Part shown: positions 1 through 8,709 of the stretch, piece by piece | Numbering within the stretch: position 1 is the first letter of the stretch | How the letters are laid out: each line of letters opens with the position of its first letter | NCBI GenBank assembly: GCA_963663995.1 | Contig: OY760660.1 | Coordinates: forward strand, 1,350,001-1,382,000 | Reading direction: 5' to 3' | DNA length: 32,000 nt | DNA from: Erysipelotrichaceae bacterium | GTDB lineage: Bacteria > Bacillota_I > Bacilli_A > Erysipelotrichales > Erysipelotrichaceae | Notes under the pieces: model-generated | Told to the model about the DNA's origin: nothing | Database searches by the model: none | What the model saw: the letters and a program-made list of their open reading frames with translations, nothing else | Program-made: the position numbers and the translations under genes

Positions 1-195
1 CACATGTTTAGCTTTCTTTAAATCGCCAATTACCATGTGCGTATTAATAAACCCAAATTTCTTTTTATTGAAGAATTCAATATTCCAATCGTTTGCTTTT
101 GCAATTTTAGAAACTTCTTCAATAAATAATTTTTTTTGTTTTTTAGTATATCTTTTACCTAAAGTAATACCAAAATGTAATATGAGATCTTTCAT
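1..195 (-). CDS. hypothetical protein, N-terminal 65 codons only (gene runs off left edge)
   Basis: Minus-strand frame is open from ATG 195..193 to the window edge (MKDLILHFGITLGKRYTKKQKK...). SD AGGGGAG (complement of 201-207) lies 5 nt upstream. No family recognised by eye. Confidence 0.5.
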   Translation of the reverse strand, partial: MKDLILHFGITLGKRYTKKQKKLFIEEVSKIAKANDWNIEFFNKKKFGFINTHMVIGDLKKAKHV

Positions 196-215
196 TCAAC
201 CTCCCCTAGAATAAA

Positions 216-237
216 GGGAGAATCCATTGATTCTCCC
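216..237 (-). terminator. rho-independent terminator of the PTS operon
   Basis: GGGAGAATC (216-224) pairs with GATTCTCCC (229-237) around a 4-nt loop. On the minus strand a T-rich tract follows, just downstream of the EIID stop at 251. Confidence 0.6.
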
Positions 238-250
238 CTTGACTTCAATC

Positions 251-1066
251 TTAGAAAATCCCGAAAGCGGCTAAGAATATAGAACCAAACATAATACCTA
301 AGACAAGCGTAATTGGTTTGAAACCTTTTTTAATTAAACTAACTAAGAAGAACAATAAGCCAACTGATAAGATACCTGGCATAATAGCTTCTAATGTATC
401 TAAAACAACAACTGAGGTATCACCTACGATGATTGTCCAAGATAAGCCAACATTAACCATTTGAGCAACCATTGCCCCAACCATTGTTAAACCAACAATA
501 GCAGCTGATTTTGTAAGAGCAGACATTAATCCGGATTGGAAGACACTATCAATGAAAGTTGTTCCCATAGTATAGCCAATACGTAATAAATAATATTTAG
601 CAATGGCTTGTCCACCACCATACATTAAGATAAAAATAATAACCCCTAGGAAACTGCCTTGTGATGCTAAACCAATTGCAATACCAGCAGAAATAACACG
701 GACAACATTGAAGAAAAAGCTATCCCCAATACCTGCTGTTGGTCCCATTAATGCGACTTTGATATTTTCAATCGTTTCATCATTAACTGAACCTTTTTCA
801 ATTTTTTCTTTTTCCATCGCATAGATTAAACCAGCAATGAAATTAAACATAACGGCATGTGTATTAAAGAAGTTTGTGTGACGTTTTAAAGCAGCTTTAC
901 GTTCTTCATCATCTTTATACAATGCATTAATCGCTGGAGATAATGTTAACGCAAATGAACTACTTTCCATTTTAACCATATTAAATCCTGCAAAGACAGT
1001 CCCAGAGAAGAGGAACATTTTATTAAGAATTTTATTCTCTTCTTTTGAATATTGATATTTAGCCAT
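251..1066 (-). CDS. PTS mannose/fructose/sorbose-family EIID component
   Basis: 271 aa multi-pass membrane protein with a typical EIID N-terminus (MAKYQYSKEENKILNKMF...NFFNTH...). Its start overlaps the EIIC stop (TAATG), and it is the last gene of the IIA-IIB-IIC-IID operon. Confidence 0.9.
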   Translation of the reverse strand: MAKYQYSKEENKILNKMFLFSGTVFAGFNMVKMESSSFALTLSPAINALYKDDEERKAALKRHTNFFNTHAVMFNFIAGLIYAMEKEKIEKGSVNDETIENIKVALMGPTAGIGDSFFFNVVRVISAGIAIGLASQGSFLGVIIFILMYGGGQAIAKYYLLRIGYTMGTTFIDSVFQSGLMSALTKSAAIVGLTMVGAMVAQMVNVGLSWTIIVGDTSVVVLDTLEAIMPGILSVGLLFFLVSLIKKGFKPITLVLGIMFGSIFLAAFGIF

Positions 1067-1854
1067 TAGAAGAAGTCCTCACTTTCTGATCCAACTTTCG
1101 CCATTGAATTTTTTAAATCAACAAATTTCTTTTCATTATAGAAATAACCAACTGCAACAATTAACGCTAAAATTGCAATTGCAAGTGTAGGTAAACTGAG
1201 GTATTTAGCTAACACAAATCCTGCAAAGAAATAAATTCCAACTTCTTTGTTCCAAATCATTGATGTAATGATTGCGAAACCAACAGCGGTCATCATACCA
1301 CTTGCTTTACCTAACCCCGTCATGATAAAGACTGGTAATGAACCTAAGAACGCATTAAGTGATTCAACACCGAATGCAATTGCTAAATACAATGCGACCA
1401 TTGAACCCAAACGAGCGATAAACGCATCAAATAAAACAAGTTGGATACCAAATGATTTCATATTTCCTTTTTCTGCAAGATGTTCCCAATAAGGAGCCAT
1501 ACCTGCAAACATGGAGAATAATAAACCATTAAGAGAAGCCATAATTGTACCAATTGGTAAAGCTATTGCTAAACCAGCTTCGATATCGCCTCCTGTTAAT
1601 ACTGTATAAGAAACTGATATAAGCGCACTTGTTAATGCGTCGGCAGGAACAGATCCACCGATAGGGGAAATCCCCATAAAAATCGCTTCTAATGCAGCAC
1701 CCATCACAATACCAGTATGGAAATCGCCAAGCAATGCTCCAACTAGTGGAGCTGCGACAATTGGTCTTGTGAATACTTGAAATGACGTAAACGTCATATC
1801 AAGGGCTGATAGAATAAAATAAGCTAAAACAACTAATAAAGCACTTTGAGCCAT
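1066..1854 (-). CDS. PTS mannose/fructose/sorbose-family EIIC component
   Basis: 262 aa hydrophobic protein located between EIIB and EIID, with a family-typical glycine/alanine-rich TM pattern. Confidence 0.9.
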   Translation of the reverse strand: MAQSALLVVLAYFILSALDMTFTSFQVFTRPIVAAPLVGALLGDFHTGIVMGAALEAIFMGISPIGGSVPADALTSALISVSYTVLTGGDIEAGLAIALPIGTIMASLNGLLFSMFAGMAPYWEHLAEKGNMKSFGIQLVLFDAFIARLGSMVALYLAIAFGVESLNAFLGSLPVFIMTGLGKASGMMTAVGFAIITSMIWNKEVGIYFFAGFVLAKYLSLPTLAIAILALIVAVGYFYNEKKFVDLKNSMAKVGSESEDFF

Positions 1855-1885
1855 AAATAATTCCTTTCTTTAACTTTTGATTTTT

Positions 1886-2377
1886 TTATTTAAAGATACG
1901 AGTAACATCTTCACTACTAGACTCTGGGGTTACTTGATAAATGCATTTGAGTCCAGTTGCAATGAGTTTGCGGAATTCCTCAACTTCCATATCATTGCAA
2001 TAGATGTGTGCCCCGTAAGCTTTACGTGGGTGATCGGGTAATGGAGGTGCAATACGTCCATAATTTCCTAAATTAATATAAGGAATACCCTCGACAGCTG
2101 ATACAAATTTAAATGCATCAGATGGACTGTTAACTAAAACCATAATTTTAAACTTTTCAGCTCTCGGATCATTCGCTAATTTAATTGAATCCTCTATGGT
2201 TTTTATGACAGTTTTGATACCTGCAGGTGCAGCCATCATCAGTGATTTCTGAATGATAGGATTTGCTGCTGCTGCATCATTTGCGACAATTATGTGATCA
2301 ACACCTGTCAGTTTTGACCATTTAATCGCAATTTGTCCATGTATTAAGCGTTCGTCTATTCTAAAAAATGTGATCAT
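1886..2377 (-). CDS. PTS mannose/sorbose-family EIIB component
   Basis: 163 aa. The N-terminal RIDERLIHGQ motif contains the phosphorylatable His typical of sorbose-type EIIB. Confidence 0.9.
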   Translation of the reverse strand: MITFFRIDERLIHGQIAIKWSKLTGVDHIIVANDAAAANPIIQKSLMMAAPAGIKTVIKTIEDSIKLANDPRAEKFKIMVLVNSPSDAFKFVSAVEGIPYINLGNYGRIAPPLPDHPRKAYGAHIYCNDMEVEEFRKLIATGLKCIYQVTPESSSEDVTRIFK

Positions 2378-2389
2378 AAAATTTCCTCC

Positions 2390-2803
2390 TTAGAAAAAGT
2401 CATCACTTTCGCTACTTTTTTCTTCTAACTCAACAACTGTCATTGCATTACGTGCGTTTTCTACAAGCGCTGTAATTTGCTCTTTATCTAAAACATCATC
2501 TCCGCTGGCTACAAGTTCTAATACTAGTGCTAAATTTACACCTGCAATTAAATTTGTATTTGGTTTCTCAAGTTCTAAAAACATTTGTGAATTAACACTT
2601 CCGCCATACAAATCAGATAATAAAAAGACTTGATCATCCTCATTTACATTTTTAAAGAAATCATCAAGTGCATCTTTAACATTTGTTTCATCTAAATAAG
2701 CATCGAAAAAAGTCACTTTATCTGTGTTACCTATTAGGATATTTAATGAAGACTGAATTCCTGTAGCCAATCTCCCATGGCTTGATACGAAAATTTTTCT
2801 CAT
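2390..2803 (-). CDS. PTS mannose-family EIIA component
   Basis: 137 aa. The N-terminal VSSHGRLATG motif carries the active-site His of EIIA-Man. SD GGAGAAG lies upstream. Confidence 0.85.
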   Translation of the reverse strand: MRKIFVSSHGRLATGIQSSLNILIGNTDKVTFFDAYLDETNVKDALDDFFKNVNEDDQVFLLSDLYGGSVNSQMFLELEKPNTNLIAGVNLALVLELVASGDDVLDKEQITALVENARNAMTVVELEEKSSESDDFF

Positions 2804-2823
2804 TCTCTTCTCCGTTTTCCACC

Positions 2824-2853
2824 ATTATCATAAGTTTTAGAAATCGCTTTCAA
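2824..2853 (-). promoter_or_regulatory. candidate sigma-A promoter of the PTS operon
   Basis: On the minus strand: TTGAAA (2853..2848), 18-nt spacer, GATAAT (2829..2824), about 20 nt upstream of the EIIA SD. Confidence 0.4.
2839..2852. promoter_or_regulatory. catabolite-responsive element (cre, CcpA site) candidate
   Basis: Minus-strand T-TGAAAGCGATTTCT fits WTGNAANCGNWNNCW at every constrained position and overlaps the putative -35. Confidence 0.5.
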
Positions 2854-2872
2854 AAGTCATTATTAAAACACA

Positions 2873-2896
2873 AAAAAAGTGCAATTACACTTTTTT
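2873..2896 (-). terminator. weak A/T-rich hairpin downstream of the regulator gene
   Basis: AAAAAAGTG (2873-2881) pairs with CACTTTTTT (2888-2896) around a 6-nt loop. Only 3 G:C pairs, so it is a weak terminator at best. Confidence 0.35.
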
Positions 2897-2924
2897 GTAC
2901 TTATATAAGTGCAAAATAGTAACA

Positions 2925-4904
2925 CTACTCTGCAGTTAAAGATTCTTTGATTAAACCTTCATATTGAATTAAACTAGGCTTGTTTATTAAGTTATTGAAT
3001 TTTCCCTTACTTGTAATAATCGATCGACTTATATTCTCAATCGCCTTAGTACGTTGTACTGAGTTGTTTAAATCGAGCGAATAAACAATCGCATAACTTA
3101 TATCACCACGCGCCCAATGTTTTGATTCATTAAATTCATAGATTTCAATACCACAACTTTTACACATATTAACTGGCAAAAAAATTGATACGATATTTTC
3201 TAAAATATCATAACTCAGAAACTTCTCATTTTCTTCAAGTATTGTTTCTAATTGTTGACATTCAACTTCTGATCTTCCATGTTTATAAGCGATTAGCTTG
3301 AAGAATGAATTAATACTTTCAAATTTAAATTGTCTAAACACTTGGGTGTTTGTTAAGTCATTTATACAATCTTTAAATTGATAACTATTCACAAAAACAT
3401 CATCAAACATCTCAGTGTATCTATGTGGTTTTGATATAGAACTCATAAAAAATGGTGGAATGTCATAAAAATATGAATAACTTGGTGAGTCTAGAATCAC
3501 AAAATCATATTTCTTTGGATCCATACCTCTTATTTCATATAATTCAACCGACTGATTTGATTCAATAAATGGACCATAGTGCCTTTGTATACGATTAACA
3601 AGACCTTTTCCTGCTTTTAGACCACCTGTACTTGTTGTTAGTAATCTTAATTTTTTTATATCATATTCTACAGATGAAATTGCTTCGTAAAAACTATAAG
3701 ATAATTCAACCGCTGCTTTTGTATTTAAACGACAATAATATTTGTCTTCGATTAATCGCAGAGCTCGTCTACCAAACTCAATTGAAAGTGGACTACCCGC
3801 AATATCATGACTACTTTGAGAAAAACCTATTGATTGATGTGAGGATAAGCCAAATCGGATTTGTCCTATTATTTTTATTACTGAAGATTTTAATAATTTA
3901 TCTATACCATTTATTTGCTTAAAATCAATATTCCAGTCTTTGTTTATAACCTCTAATATTTCTTTTACAGTCTCTTCAGCTTCTTTTGAATAATAACATT
4001 TATGTGACTTATCTAATTCACTTAAATCTCTCATACCATGAAGCATAATAGCCATTTGTAATTGTTCATCATCAGAACTAAGATCTAAATCACATTGTTT
4101 TAAGATAGCTGCAATAGCTACCGCAATTGGATATTCTTCTAAAGTCATTGCTTCTTGACGAATTTCATCTGATAAATGAACATGATGTCCTGATTTAATT
4201 CTATTTTTCGTGATTAAAAGATAAAAAGCGAAACTCAAGGAGTTTGCATCCGTTGCTCGTTGTCCACTCTCACGATAAACTTTTAAATATGTCCTTCTTA
4301 TCTCCTGTCTTTCTTCCTCAGTTGAATCAATTACCTTAGCAAAATTCTTAGATGTATTAATAACATGAATTTGGTGATAATGATTTACTACGAGTTCAGT
4401 CATTGCCATTCTTAGGTTTTCTTCAGTTCCGATGGCTTTGATTCCTAAGCCTGCTTTCGAATCGACTTCAATGTGATAAGAGTTTAGAAAGGAGTATGCT
4501 CTTTGTAAATCAGGTTTAATAGACGATCTTGATAAATACATTTGATCGGCTAAATCATCAATTTTTATATAATCATCACTCGCAACCAACTCTCTAGAAA
4601 TAAAAACAAAGCGTGAAGACCGGTCATTATAAAAACTATCTATCACGATTTGACTATAAGTTAATTGATTTATAAAAGGCTCAAAAAGATTAATATCATT
4701 TACTTTTATTGAGTATCCTTGGTGACGTACTGATATCAGTTCTGCCCCAACTTCTTCCAACACTTCCCTAACTTTAATCATATCCGATTTAATTGTACGT
4801 ATGCTGACTGAAATCCTATCTGACAAAGCTTGTGATGTCATTGGCTTGTCTGATTTATAAATATTTGAAATGATTAATTTTTCTCTACCTAATGTCTCTA
4901 ACAT
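2925..4904 (-). CDS. PRD-domain transcriptional regulator (MtlR/LicR/BglG-type activator with N-terminal HTH and C-terminal EIIB/EIIA-like region)
   Basis: About 659 aa. The N-terminal winged-helix region (TSQALSDRISVSIRTIKSDM) is followed by a central region read as PRD-like and by C-terminal EIIB(Gat)-like and EIIA-like parts. These downstream domain calls come from length and architecture by eye, not from motifs. I place the start at ATG 4904 (SD AGGTG 4915..4911) rather than the GTG at 4913 used by the ORF track. Confidence 0.8.
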   Translation of the reverse strand: MLETLGREKLIISNIYKSDKPMTSQALSDRISVSIRTIKSDMIKVREVLEEVGAELISVRHQGYSIKVNDINLFEPFINQLTYSQIVIDSFYNDRSSRFVFISRELVASDDYIKIDDLADQMYLSRSSIKPDLQRAYSFLNSYHIEVDSKAGLGIKAIGTEENLRMAMTELVVNHYHQIHVINTSKNFAKVIDSTEEERQEIRRTYLKVYRESGQRATDANSLSFAFYLLITKNRIKSGHHVHLSDEIRQEAMTLEEYPIAVAIAAILKQCDLDLSSDDEQLQMAIMLHGMRDLSELDKSHKCYYSKEAEETVKEILEVINKDWNIDFKQINGIDKLLKSSVIKIIGQIRFGLSSHQSIGFSQSSHDIAGSPLSIEFGRRALRLIEDKYYCRLNTKAAVELSYSFYEAISSVEYDIKKLRLLTTSTGGLKAGKGLVNRIQRHYGPFIESNQSVELYEIRGMDPKKYDFVILDSPSYSYFYDIPPFFMSSISKPHRYTEMFDDVFVNSYQFKDCINDLTNTQVFRQFKFESINSFFKLIAYKHGRSEVECQQLETILEENEKFLSYDILENIVSIFLPVNMCKSCGIEIYEFNESKHWARGDISYAIVYSLDLNNSVQRTKAIENISRSIITSKGKFNNLINKPSLIQYEGLIKESLTAE

Positions 4905-4964
4905 AAATTGCACCTATTACTCACTATTATAGTGCAATTTCATTTTTCGATCTCAGATTCATAT

Positions 4965-4990
4965 AAAAAGGCAAGATTTTTCATCTTGCC
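4965..4990 (-). terminator. rho-independent terminator of htpG
   Basis: GGCAAGAT (4970-4977) pairs with ATCTTGCC (4983-4990). On the minus strand a T5 run follows (A-run 4965-4969), 7 nt after the htpG stop. Confidence 0.7.
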
Positions 4991-4996
4991 GTTAAT

Positions 4997-6883
4997 TTAT
5001 TTTGTTGCGTCTATCATTAATTGAGATAGAACACGAGAGAATTCTACAGGATCATCAATGGAGAATCCTTCAATGAGTTGTGCTTGGTTATAAAGGAGTT
5101 TTGCATAATCATTGAGTTTATCGTCACTCGCTTTTTCTAAAGCTTGAACAAGTGGATGTTCAGCATTAAGTTCTAAGATTCTCTTTGCCTTAACACTGTT
5201 TGCTTGATCAGGCATTTGCGCTAGAATTTTTTCCATTTCTAGGGATACACCTTCACCAGCAACTAAACAAACTGGATGATTTTTAAGTCGATTGGTTAAG
5301 CGAACATCAGAGACTTGATCTTTTAAAGCTTCTTTTAGTTTTTCTAAGATATCTTTAGAAGCTTCATTCTTTTCTTTAAGTGATTCTTTTTCTTCTTCAC
5401 TTTCTAGATCTGATAGTTCACCTTGAGTAATGGACTTAAATGGTTTCTCTTTATATTGCATCAAGATTTGAAGAACAAACTCATCCACATCATCGGTTAA
5501 ATAAAGTATTTCAAATCCTTTATCCTTAACAAATTCTGTTTGTGGAAGCAAATCGCATTTATCCACAGATTCACCAGATATATAGTAAATCTCTTTTTGA
5601 TCTTCAGGCATACGAGCAACATATTCTTCTAAAGAAACAAGTTTTTTATCATGTGACGTTGTGAAGAGTAATAAGTCTTCTAAAAGTTCACGTTTCTCAC
5701 CAAAGTTAGCATAGGTACCATACTTTAGTTGTAGTCCAAAGTTTTTATAGAACTCTTCATATTTTTCACGATCATTTTTAAGCATGAGTAATAACTCAGA
5801 CTTAATTTTCTTTTCAATTCTTGAAGCAATCGCTTTAAGTTGGCGATCGTGTTGTAACATCTCACGAGAGATATTTAAGGTAAGATCAGGACTATCGACT
5901 AAGCCCTTAACAAATCTAAAAGCCTCAGGAATAAGTTCTTTGGCATTATCTAGAATATAAACACCACGTGAGTAGAGTTGTAATCCAGATTGGTATTCAG
6001 AGGAGTAAAAGTTATAAGGAAGATGTGAAGGAATGAATAGAAGAGCTTCAAAAGATAATGTCCCTTCAAGTGATGTGTGAATATGTTTGATAGGTGCTTG
6101 ATAATCATTGAATTTATCTTCATAGAAACTGTTGTAGTCTTCTTCAGTGATATCTGATTTTGAACGTTTCCACAAAGGAACCATTGAGTTAAGGATATTT
6201 TCAACAATCTTTGTTGAAGTCACTTCTCCATTGTCATCATATTCTTTGTCTTCTTCATCCATTAAAATTGGATATCTGACATAGTCTGAATATTTTTTAA
6301 CTAAACGTTTAATGGTGTGTGATTGAAGATAGTTATCATAATCTTCATCTTCTTCATTCTTTTTAAGATGTAAAACAATGCGTGTTCCACGCTCTTGTTT
6401 ATCACATGTTTCAATTTTATAGCCATCTTCACCAGTTGATTCAAAATGAACACTTTCAGCATCCAATACAGATTGTGTAAAGACTTCGACTTTATCCGCA
6501 ATCATAAATGCAGAATAGAAACCTACCCCAAACTGCCCAATAATATCGATATCATCTTGTTTGTTTTCCATAGCTTCTTTAAAAGCATAAGAACCACTCT
6601 TCGCAATAACCCCAAGATTGTTTTCTACTTCTTCTTGTGTCATCCCAATCCCATTATCACGGATTGTTAAGAGTCTCTTTTCAGTATCGAGTTCAATTTT
6701 AATGTTTAAATTTGTGCGATCAACCTTCAAATCTTCTTGAAGAGACTTGAAGTACAGTTTATCTAAAGCATCTGATGCATTAGATACAAGTTCACGTAAG
6801 AATATTTCTTTGTGCGTGTAGATTGAGTGGATAACGAGATCCAATAATCGTTTTGTTTCAGCTTTATATTGTTTTTTAGCCAT
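4997..6883 (-). CDS. htpG: molecular chaperone HtpG (Hsp90)
   Basis: 628 aa. The N-terminal GHKL ATPase signature ETKRLLDLVIHSIYTHKEIFLRELVSNASDALDK and the overall length are typical of bacterial Hsp90. Confidence 0.95.
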   Translation of the reverse strand: MAKKQYKAETKRLLDLVIHSIYTHKEIFLRELVSNASDALDKLYFKSLQEDLKVDRTNLNIKIELDTEKRLLTIRDNGIGMTQEEVENNLGVIAKSGSYAFKEAMENKQDDIDIIGQFGVGFYSAFMIADKVEVFTQSVLDAESVHFESTGEDGYKIETCDKQERGTRIVLHLKKNEEDEDYDNYLQSHTIKRLVKKYSDYVRYPILMDEEDKEYDDNGEVTSTKIVENILNSMVPLWKRSKSDITEEDYNSFYEDKFNDYQAPIKHIHTSLEGTLSFEALLFIPSHLPYNFYSSEYQSGLQLYSRGVYILDNAKELIPEAFRFVKGLVDSPDLTLNISREMLQHDRQLKAIASRIEKKIKSELLLMLKNDREKYEEFYKNFGLQLKYGTYANFGEKRELLEDLLLFTTSHDKKLVSLEEYVARMPEDQKEIYYISGESVDKCDLLPQTEFVKDKGFEILYLTDDVDEFVLQILMQYKEKPFKSITQGELSDLESEEEKESLKEKNEASKDILEKLKEALKDQVSDVRLTNRLKNHPVCLVAGEGVSLEMEKILAQMPDQANSVKAKRILELNAEHPLVQALEKASDDKLNDYAKLLYNQAQLIEGFSIDDPVEFSRVLSQLMIDATK

Positions 6884-6893
6884 AACGCTCCTT

Positions 6894-6920
6894 TTAGCAC
6901 TTTCTCTATGTGAGTGCTAA
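6894..6920. promoter_or_regulatory. CIRCE operator (HrcA binding site)
   Basis: Minus strand reads TTAGCACTC-N9-AAGTGCTAA, against the consensus TTAGCACTC-N9-GAGTGCTAA. That is 9+9+9 nt with one mismatch. It starts 3 nt after the -10 and abuts the htpG SD. Confidence 0.8.
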
Positions 6921-6923
6921 TTC

Positions 6924-6952
6924 ATTTTAAAACATGTTTAAAATAAATTCAA
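6924..6952 (-). promoter_or_regulatory. sigma-A promoter of htpG
   Basis: Minus strand: TTGAAT (6952..6947), 17-nt spacer, TAAAAT (6929..6924). Confidence 0.6.
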
Positions 6953-6970
6953 GCAGTAAAAAACTTATTG

Positions 6971-6979
6971 TGCTATAAT
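6971..6979 (+). promoter_or_regulatory. extended -10 promoter of the helicase gene
   Basis: TGCTATAAT matches TGnTATAAT, 26 nt upstream of ATG 7005. The ATG at 6978 used by the ORF track lies inside this -10 box. Confidence 0.5.
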
Positions 6980-7004
6980 GCGGTGTACTCACAAAGGAAA
7001 CAAC

Positions 7005-8693
7005 ATGAATTTTAACGAACTAAATCTACAACCCGCATTACTGAGAAGCCTACTTGAGATAGGTTTTGAAGAAGCGACTGAGATACAAGAAAAGTCACTT
7101 CCTATTATTATGGAAGGTAAAGATATTGTCGGACAAAGTCAGACTGGCTCTGGTAAGACCGCAGCTTTTGGTTTACCGATCTTAAATGTCCTTGTCCCTC
7201 ACGAAAAAAGAATCCCCCAAGCGCTTATCTTAGCGCCTACCCGCGAACTCTGTTTACAAATCACAACAGAGATACGTAAATTCTCAAAATACATGGAAGG
7301 TGTACGTATTGTTGCCATCTATGGTGGAGAACCCATTACACATCAAATCAGAGATCTAAAAGCAGGTGCTGACATTATTGTTGGAACACCAGGACGCGTT
7401 AAAGATCACATTGATCGTAAAACACTCAAATTTAAAGATCTCAAGCAATTTGTATTAGATGAAGCAGATGAAATGTTAAAGATGGGATTCAAAGAAGAAA
7501 TCGAATCCATCATCGCTTTACTTCCTGAAGTAAAACAAACACTTCTCTTCTCGGCTACCATGCCTAAAGCTATTCTTGAATTAACAAGAACTTATCAAAC
7601 TGATCCTGTCATTATTAAAACAGCTTCAAAAACATTAACAGTTAATACCGTTACCCAAATGGTCTACGAAGTTAACCAAAGCGATAAAGCACGCGCCTTG
7701 GTTCAACTTATCGAGTACTATCGACCAGATTCATCAATGATATTCTGTAATACTAAAAAGATGGTTGATGACTTAAGCTCAAGTCTTATCGCAAAAGGCT
7801 TCAATGTTGCCTCAATTCACGGTGACTTGAAACAAGAAATGCGTAATATCGTAATGAACAAGTTTAGAGATAAAAAAGTCTCTCACTTAGTTTGTACAGA
7901 CGTTGCTGCACGTGGTATCGATGTTGATAGCTTAGATGTTGTCTTTAACTTCGATGTTCCACAAGAAATTGACTACTATGTTCACCGTATTGGAAGAACT
8001 GGTCGTGCTGGTAAATCTGGTTTAAGTATTACTTTAATCACACCACGCCAACGCTACATTATTCAAACACTTGAAAAATTAACTAAAGCTGAAATCATTC
8101 GTCAAAAGATGCCTTCACTTGAGGAAATCCAAGAAGTTCGCTTCCAACATTTATCTCAAGACTTACTTAAGACTTTAGAGAAAGATGTTCCACCTGAACT
8201 TAAACGTCAAGTTGAAAAACTGATTGATCAAGGTTTCGATGCAGTTCAGTTAGTTGAAGCACTCATGTATCAAGCCATTGGTCATGAAATCTTCGAAGAA
8301 ACAAAACAAATTATTTCTAAACAAAAACACGCAACTTTGGTTCATACTTCACATATCGAACTTGATTTAGGAACAAACCAAAAAATCGCTGCTGCTCACT
8401 TAGTCTCTGCTATCGCAGAAAGCGCGGGTGTATCAGGTAAAGATATCGGTAAGATTCGAATTAGAGATCGTTTCTCACATGTCGAAGTACCAACTGAATT
8501 TGTTCATGAAATATTAGACTCATTAAACTCAACCCTTATTCGTGGTTATAAAGTCAAAGCTTTCTTATTAGAAAAACCTTTGGCTAAGAAACACAAAGAA
8601 GGGAAAGGATCTTATTCACGTAACGATCGTCCTCACAGAGGTGGAGATGGTGGTTACAAAGGTCGAAGAGACAGAAAGTCCAAACACAATTAA
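7005..8693 (+). CDS. DEAD-box ATP-dependent RNA helicase with C-terminal DbpA-type RNA-binding domain and basic RGG-like tail
   Basis: Q-motif/motif I (GQSQTGSGKT), PTRELC, the DEAD box (LDEADEM), SAT, and HRIGRTGRAG are all present. The start is reassigned to ATG 7005 (MNFNELNL..., SD AAAGGAAA). Confidence 0.9.
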   Translation: MNFNELNLQPALLRSLLEIGFEEATEIQEKSLPIIMEGKDIVGQSQTGSGKTAAFGLPILNVLVPHEKRIPQALILAPTRELCLQITTEIRKFSKYMEGVRIVAIYGGEPITHQIRDLKAGADIIVGTPGRVKDHIDRKTLKFKDLKQFVLDEADEMLKMGFKEEIESIIALLPEVKQTLLFSATMPKAILELTRTYQTDPVIIKTASKTLTVNTVTQMVYEVNQSDKARALVQLIEYYRPDSSMIFCNTKKMVDDLSSSLIAKGFNVASIHGDLKQEMRNIVMNKFRDKKVSHLVCTDVAARGIDVDSLDVVFNFDVPQEIDYYVHRIGRTGRAGKSGLSITLITPRQRYIIQTLEKLTKAEIIRQKMPSLEEIQEVRFQHLSQDLLKTLEKDVPPELKRQVEKLIDQGFDAVQLVEALMYQAIGHEIFEETKQIISKQKHATLVHTSHIELDLGTNQKIAAAHLVSAIAESAGVSGKDIGKIRIRDRFSHVEVPTEFVHEILDSLNSTLIRGYKVKAFLLEKPLAKKHKEGKGSYSRNDRPHRGGDGGYKGRRDRKSKHN

Positions 8694-8709
8694 GTGTCTG
8701 GACTTTTTT
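8677..8709 (+). terminator. rho-independent terminator of the helicase gene
   Basis: AAGTCCAAACAC pairs with GTGTCTGGACTT (one G:U pair) and is followed by T6. The structure spans the stop codon. Confidence 0.6.

Noticed and set aside
603-824. Short ORFs antisense to or nested within long genes: 603-824, 1247-1492, 3632-3922, 5950-6207, 6301-6501, 6446-6670, 10378-10575, 10618-10842, 10793-11086, 13247-13462, 16511-16726, 18018-18203, 23078-23452, 24142-24357, 27380-27577, 27580-27771, 28261-28539, 29553-29774.
   Set aside because: Each lies fully inside a longer ORF with a clear family signature on the other strand or in another frame. They have no SD and low-complexity or odd composition, as expected for chance ORFs in AT-rich DNA.
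6978-7004. Upstream start (ATG 6978, MRCTHKGNN...) for the helicase, as given in the ORF track.
   Set aside because: That ATG lies inside the TGCTATAAT extended -10 box and has no SD. ATG 7005 has AAAGGAAA upstream and gives the typical DEAD-box N-terminus.
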